From Octopus bimaculoides (lineage: Eukaryota): a stretch of 57,294 nucleotides of DNA. Shown here one piece after another: positions 51,577 through 57,294 of this stretch; the first letter of the stretch is position 1, and every line of letters begins with the position of its first letter. Where the stretch lies: the NCBI RefSeq assembly GCF_001194135.2, contig NC_068982.1, positions 151,345,501 through 151,402,794 on the forward strand, written 5' to 3'. The position numbers were made by a program, and so were the translations under genes. Under the pieces are notes generated by a model. The model searched no databases and had not been told where the DNA came from. It saw nothing but the letters and a program-made list of their open reading frames with translations.

Positions 51577-52040
51577 TAAAGGGTGTTCAGGCTAAATTTT
51601 AGTTTGCATATATGGAAAAGAAACAAAATATCCGATCAATAAATAAAAGTATTGTACAAAATCAAAACAATATCAACAACTAGATATGGCTGCTGGATAA
51701 AAGTTTACTCGAATTATTGACATCAGTTGTCACCAAGACCTCGAGGCGGTCCCGGAACCTGGCGTATATGTTCCTAAATATACCACTGAGTATAACTTCG
51801 AGCATCTCCTTGATCTTGGTCAGCAGCTCGGCCTTGATGTCTTTTTTAACTGCGCACCCCACACATCAAAGGAACTACAATCGGGGGAATTAGGAGATCA
51901 GAAATTGGGGTTGGTGATGTCTTAGAAATTCTCCGATATTCACTTCTGATTCTTTCCGAAGGCAGCTGGAAGAAATGTCTTCCTGGGGCTATAAGCATCA
52001 GTAGCGCTGTCCTGTATAGGACACCACCACACTTAGTTGG
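51577..52040 (-). mobile_element. maT/DD37D-like Tc1/mariner transposase C-terminus and terminus
   Basis: SPNSPDCSSFDVWGAVKKD..KAELLTKIKE..ARFRDRLEVLV. Terminus TAAAGGGTGTTC. Confidence 0.78.
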
Positions 52041-52200
52041 CAAATATATGTTACGGTTCCGTACTGTTACTGATTATATCTCTCTCAGAGATTAAATATA
52101 ATATTCTCTCTCTTCTACGAGATCAGCGACAGTGAGTCGCTAGAAAAATATATAGTAATTTGCGAGTAGAATGAGCTTCCATCACTAGCTGGTGATTAAC

Positions 52201-52243
52201 ACACGCTGAGGACGGGTAACTGCCCAGAAACTCGTGTCCGTGT
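52201..52243 (+). ncRNA. Minimal type I hammerhead ribozyme (PLE-type)
   Basis: RNA 5'-ACACG CUGAGGA CGGGU AACU GCCCA GAAAC UCGU GUC CGUGU-3'. Stem I ACACG/CGUGU, intact CUGAnGA and GAAA core, stem II GGGU/GCCC, GUC triplet. C.A mismatch at the base of stem II. Confidence 0.75.
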
Positions 52244-52548
52244 ATATCACGTAAGGTTAGAGATGGGAGCGATGACCTCCCGTCGCAAATACTAATCGGT
52301 TACAGAATGTGTGTCGTTAGCGAGCTGAATGAGATATCTTCCAAGGGCTATAAACATAGGCTTGATATCACTATATCATATTTTACTACAGTGTGTATGT
52401 GTGAGTATACATATGACATGCCTGTAGGAAGAATGCTGAATGAAGTTCGAACATAAGTAATGGAAAATGTAAATTAGAGCTAAAAGTTGAAATACAATTA
52501 CGTTGAAAAAATGTGAAAAATCAGTGTCTAAATGCTGCCAATAAACTT

Positions 52549-52640
<92 letters not shown>

Positions 52641-52859
52641 GCACGCACGCACGCACATACGCACACACGCACACACACACACACACCTGCAGGTATTGAC
52701 TGGCAATAATTCGTATTTAAAATTATATTCAAAATTTATTAGATGAATCTTACATATATCATTTAAAACAGATTGATGCGCGTGTGTATGTGTGTGTATA
52801 TGCCTGCGAGCCTGTGTGTGCCTTTATGTGCGTGCGTGCTTACGCATGTGTTTGTATGT

Positions 52860-53190
52860 GCTTCGGAGAACCTGATATATGTATTAACCTGTTCTGGGTG
52901 TCGAGAGCAATACATAGACCAAACCAAAAACAGTCTACATCAAAGGATGGCTCTGCATAGATTCCAGATCAAAATTCTTAAATACAGAAAAATAGCATTC
53001 AGCGAACACATCGACATTTGCGCTAATAACGAACAACCCTGCTTCAGAATTTTTCCTCTCTATCAATTCAGGTACGATGCAACCTGTAGTCAGCGCATTT
53101 GTAAATAGTCATTCTTTATCACAAAATATAAACCCCTTTTGAATATGTCCACCACAAATGATACTATTACAAGGGCCTTAGAATAATACC
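52860..53190 (+). mobile_element. Penelope-like GIY-YIG endonuclease remnant
   Basis: NLIYVLTCSGCREQYIDQTKNSLHQRM..SEHIDIC..FRIFPLY..FITKYKPLLN. Confidence 0.9.
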
Positions 53191-53710
53191 CACGTAAATA
53201 TTAAAAATGATATATTCAGAAGAGCTACTTCACATGAGTTCATTCAGAACAATACCAATCACTGCTATTACAACCACAATGGGTCACTTTTAGATCACTT
53301 GACCATTTAAAAGGATTCCACCAACATCCTGCTACTGTCATACCACTCCCACATTCTTCTTCTTCTTCTTCTTCTTCTTCTTCGCCGCCTCCTTTCTCAA
53401 CTACTACTGCTGCTTAAACAACCAAAGACAAGAATTCATATCAAACTACTACTAGCTGCTGCCAACTACCTAGAACTCACAAGAGTAAAAAAAAGAGACA
53501 CAGACAGACAGGAAAAAAAAGAAAATGTCCCTTGCACTTGAAAACTATGGAAATATTTAAAAAAAACATTTCATTTAATTTTTCCACAATTTCATTGTTT
53601 TTCATGCTTTACTTCAAAGAAGTTGAAATAGTCGCAAAGACTGAAGCCGGTACTAAAATGTTCTTCATGATAAAATTATTTTATCATTTTTTACCTTGTC
53701 TTATTTTCCT

Positions 53711-53752
<42 letters not shown>

Positions 53753-53999
53753 CGCGCGCGCACTCCGTGTATATTTGCGCGTGTGCGCACGCGTGTGCAG
53801 TGTATTTACGTGTGATTGTGGGTATGAGTGCGAAAATATATGCGGGTGTGTGAGGAGTGTGCGTACACGTAGATGTTCATATGTGCGTGTTCACATGTGC
53901 TCGTGCGCGCATGTGTATATGAGTATGGGTGTGTGGGTGAGTGGGAGGGTGTGTGCATACACATAGATACGTGTGTGTGTGTTCACACACTTGGTTCAG

Positions 54000-54545
54000 C
54001 CAGAGCATGGGAGCAGCTGATACTAAGTGGTATGTCCGGATTGTCGGCGGCCAGAGTTTTGAAGTTAACCAGAAGAGTATACCTCTGGTGACAGCAGTGG
54101 GACGGTTCGTATTTCCTCCTGCAGGTTGGTAGAGTTTGTGTAGTTTTTCGCGGAGGCTGGCCTGGAAATTACAAGCGCCGGGTGAATAAGGTAGCGCCAT
54201 GTCGACGATGGTCCATTTGGTGCTAGGCATTTCAATGCGGAGGTCACGGAATCTCCAGAGGAATCAAGACAGAGAAGTGCAGTTCTTGCATCTAAACTAA
54301 TGCATGTGCTGTGTATATCTTCCCCTGAAATCGTTGGCTGTCATACCCATGTATTGCCTTATGATACCATCGGAGGATGAAGGAGTGGATCTGTAGACTA
54401 TGGCCCCTGAGAAGCAGGATCCTCCCAAAAGGAAGCTGGTAGGGTTTCGACATTTTCAGATTGAATTTGGGGTTATGCAGAATGCATTTTTGTGTCTGTT
54501 GAAGCGTGCGATGTCGGATGCGATATTGTCTAAGCAAGAGTAGCT
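54000..54545 (-). mobile_element. Penelope-like GIY-YIG endonuclease remnant (second family)
   Basis: VSYSCLDNIASDI..CRNPTSFLLGGSC..AIVYRST..QYMGMTANDFRGRYTQH..TSLS..KWTIVDMALPYSPG..SLREKL. Confidence 0.9.
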
Positions 54546-54894
54546 CACCTTGACGTCGTGGGGGTTAAGAGCTTGCAGTACTTATGGTGTGCGAGGAAAT
54601 GCTTCTTAAGCAACCACAGGAAGCCCCTAGCTATGTACGTCTTTTTTAGTATCTCGAAGCACACACACAAAGCTAAATATAAAAGGATGTATATATCTGG
54701 TTGAAAAAACGTTATATATATGTTTGTGTGTGTGTGTGTGTGTGTATGTGCAGGTGAATGCTGTGATGTGTTCGTATGCATTTTTAAGTGCATTTGTAAA
54801 AGGTATATTATAAGATGATTAATTACATGAATTTAAACTACATACTCAGCTATTTACTGTTTACTTTGCAGGTAGTTAATATTACGTCTTGCAA

Positions 54895-55240
54895 TCAAAG
54901 TACCTAGCTGACAGAATCGTTAGCATGTTGGGCGAAATGCTTAGTGGCATTTCGTCCGTCTTCACGTTCTACTTACAAATCACGCCGAAGCCGACTTTGC
55001 CTTTTATCACTTACATCGATATATCTGCTCCCCGAAATTTTGGCCTTGTGCCAAACTTGAAATTAATATTACTTCTTACAATAAGATGGCGAGCTGGCAG
55101 GATTGTTAACATGCCGTTCCGAGGTCAACTTTGCTTTTCATCCTTTTAGAGTGTATCAGTTAAGCACCTGGAGTCGATGTAATCAACTTACCCACCGCCC
55201 AAACTTACCAGCCTTGTGCCAAATGTTGAAAGTAATTTTT
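54895..55240 (+). mobile_element. Two adjacent, internally deleted SINE copies (54895-55080; 55081-55240)
   Basis: Both start GAGCTG(A/G)CAG(A/G)AT and end GCCTTGTGCCAAA, matching the 51335 family head and the 31708 family tail. Confidence 0.8.
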
Positions 55241-56419
55241 CTTCTTCCAGTAGCATTTTGGCGTGATTTTACATATGTGTGCTATACATAATTAACTGCA
55301 GAGATGATTTTAAACATCGTTTTTCTTAAATTGCCCATGCTATTGCGTGTGTTAAATTCTGTTGTTAAACAGAATGATTTAAAATTTCGTGTAACATATT
55401 GTCTCAGCTTCTTTACTTATAACAATTCAGAAGTACGAAAAATTTATACCAATTTGTTTAAATATCAATTCTACATTATTTAAAAAGCTACAACGAAGTG
55501 CTTACAAAATTATCTATTCACGTAGAACGACAAGACTTTGCTGTTAAATATACATCCACAATCATAGATGTGCATGATGAGGGTGACTATAATGGCAACG
55601 ATAAAAATGATGATGATGACGATAATGATAAATAATATTGAAAAGTTGTTATTTTTGTCCAGACCAATCCGCGTCGAGGAGACTTACAAAGATATTTCAG
55701 CTGTGACACGATTCTATGTTAAGGGGACACAGGACCACATTCCCCTGTGTATCCCTGTGAAGAAGGTATGATATAATTTGAGGGAGATTTGTTTGCTATT
55801 TCCAGTTATCTACTCGGCTACATAGAGGTTCGTTCTGCATGAAACAAAGACAGATGTGTTCACGCTCCATGAAATATGCCACGTAATTTTGTAAGACATA
55901 TACGAGGTGGAATCCTCAAATATTATTTCTCGAATGCGTGTGTATGTGCCTGTGTGTGTGTGTGTGTGAGGGGTGCATGCATGCGTAGGTAATTGCAGGT
56001 AATCGCACGCACTTCCATACACAATAGAGCCACCTATAAAAATACTAAATATGCTTACATAATACGTACATGTACATAAAGGCACACACACAATTATATA
56101 AATTCTGTAGCAGTTTGTACTAATATAAGCTGACAGGTTTACTTCAAGAGAATTATTCACGGAGTGATTAACTCTTTAACTTTACCTCCTGTAATAATAC
56201 ACAATACAGAAACATCTTACGTATTTCTCTACTTAAATAAAGCACAATTTGCCATTGCTGAAATTCTTTTTCAAACAAAAGTACAGGCCTTTACAGTTGC
56301 AAAATTATCCCTTTCACACCGTATGAAAATTATATTTTTATATGTATATAAGATATGTTTATTGCTGACATTTTCGACCAGGTGTAATTATTACAACTAT
56401 TACAATACAAAAAATACAG

Positions 56420-57010
56420 CTGGTTATCACGAACCAAGCTGGTTTCTCCAAGAAATGCGATTAGGTTCCCTCTGACTAACCACTCCATAACTTTGCTGTT
56501 GTGTGAAGTCAGAGAGACAGGGCTATAAGTTTTTGGCATCTGCATTGTTTCCTCCTTTATGGATTGGGCATATACCCTCGTTCAGTTTGCTTCGCAGCCT
56601 GCCATTTACAAGAAATTTCTGAAAGAGAACCTGTACAGGTTTCGCCAGGGCATGCTTACACGATTTGAGGAGTTGAGTTTGCGTCCACCTCATCTATGGT
56701 CAGTAGTATATCTTCTTCGCTAAGGTCGATGTAATCCATCATAACTGCCTCGCTGGTTATAGGTGAGGCGGCAAAGAAATCCACTGGTTCAGTCACTTGT
56801 CTGTGTTCCAACGGGGCTGTAAAGACACTTTTGAACTGGTCATTCAGTAGCACGCTGATCCTCGTTGGACTATCTGTGACGGAGCCATCCTTTTGAAAGA
56901 GGGGTTCTATTGTGCAGTTACTGAGGCTGTTGCATTGGCATAATGAAAGGAGGCTTTTGGGTTTCAATTAATGATTTATATAATCCAGGCTTCGTTGTCT
57001 CTTCTCTAAC
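56420..57010 (-). mobile_element. CR1-clade RT fragment
   Basis: VLLNDQFKSVFT..SEEDILLTIDEVDANS; KTYSPVSLTSHNSKVMEWLVR. Confidence 0.88.
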
Positions 57011-57195
57011 TCACATAGGATTGTTGCAGGTTATTTTCAATCCCCATCAGTGTTGTTTTTAGGCGGGACCCCTCGCTACTTTTGGAATGTTAATTGGGGT
57101 TTCCTGGAATCTGATCTAGGTAGTAATCAGCCCGTTTCGCTGTCATTCCCAGGGCACCTATGACAATAGGTATTGTTTTCGTCTTCAGATTCCAT

Positions 57196-57197
<2 letters not shown>
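57011..57197 (-). mobile_element. R4/Dong RLE 3' fragment next to the AAT/ATT microsatellite
   Basis: WNLKTKTIPIVIGALGMTAKRADYYLDQIPGNP. Confidence 0.82.

Positions 57198-57294
<97 letters not shown>
57198..57294. repeat. (TAA)n followed directly by (TTA)n: AT-only palindrome
   Basis: The polarity switches at 57254/57255. Confidence 0.95.

Overview
Repeat-dominated animal genomic DNA: intergenic or intronic, AT-rich, with ten N gaps that all sit beside microsatellites or repeats. The SINE families and repeat mix resemble an octopus (coleoid cephalopod) short-read assembly; this is an inference from recall, not a database result. I could not support any intact host gene, rRNA, tRNA or CRISPR array, and nearly all listed ORFs are microsatellite, gap or transposon-remnant artefacts. 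The window holds decayed retroelements (Hero, R4/Dong, RTE, CR1, L1/Tx1, Penelope-like), DNA transposons (mariner with a nested hAT MITE, a maT/DD37D-like element, a hAT transposase) and tRNA-derived SINEs. The most interesting layer is RNA structure. There are two nearly complete minimal hammerhead ribozyme folds (45473-45520 on -, 52201-52243 on +). A non-coding element at 378-1307 has two direct repeats 712 nt apart, each carrying a variant hammerhead-like core, which is a retrozyme-like layout. A degenerate HDV-like double-pseudoknot fold lies upstream of an RTE remnant (10387-10439). Three long palindromes appear to be inverted duplications of Penelope-type termini. All peptide translations and folds were done by eye; element boundaries are approximate unless a TIR or TSD is quoted.
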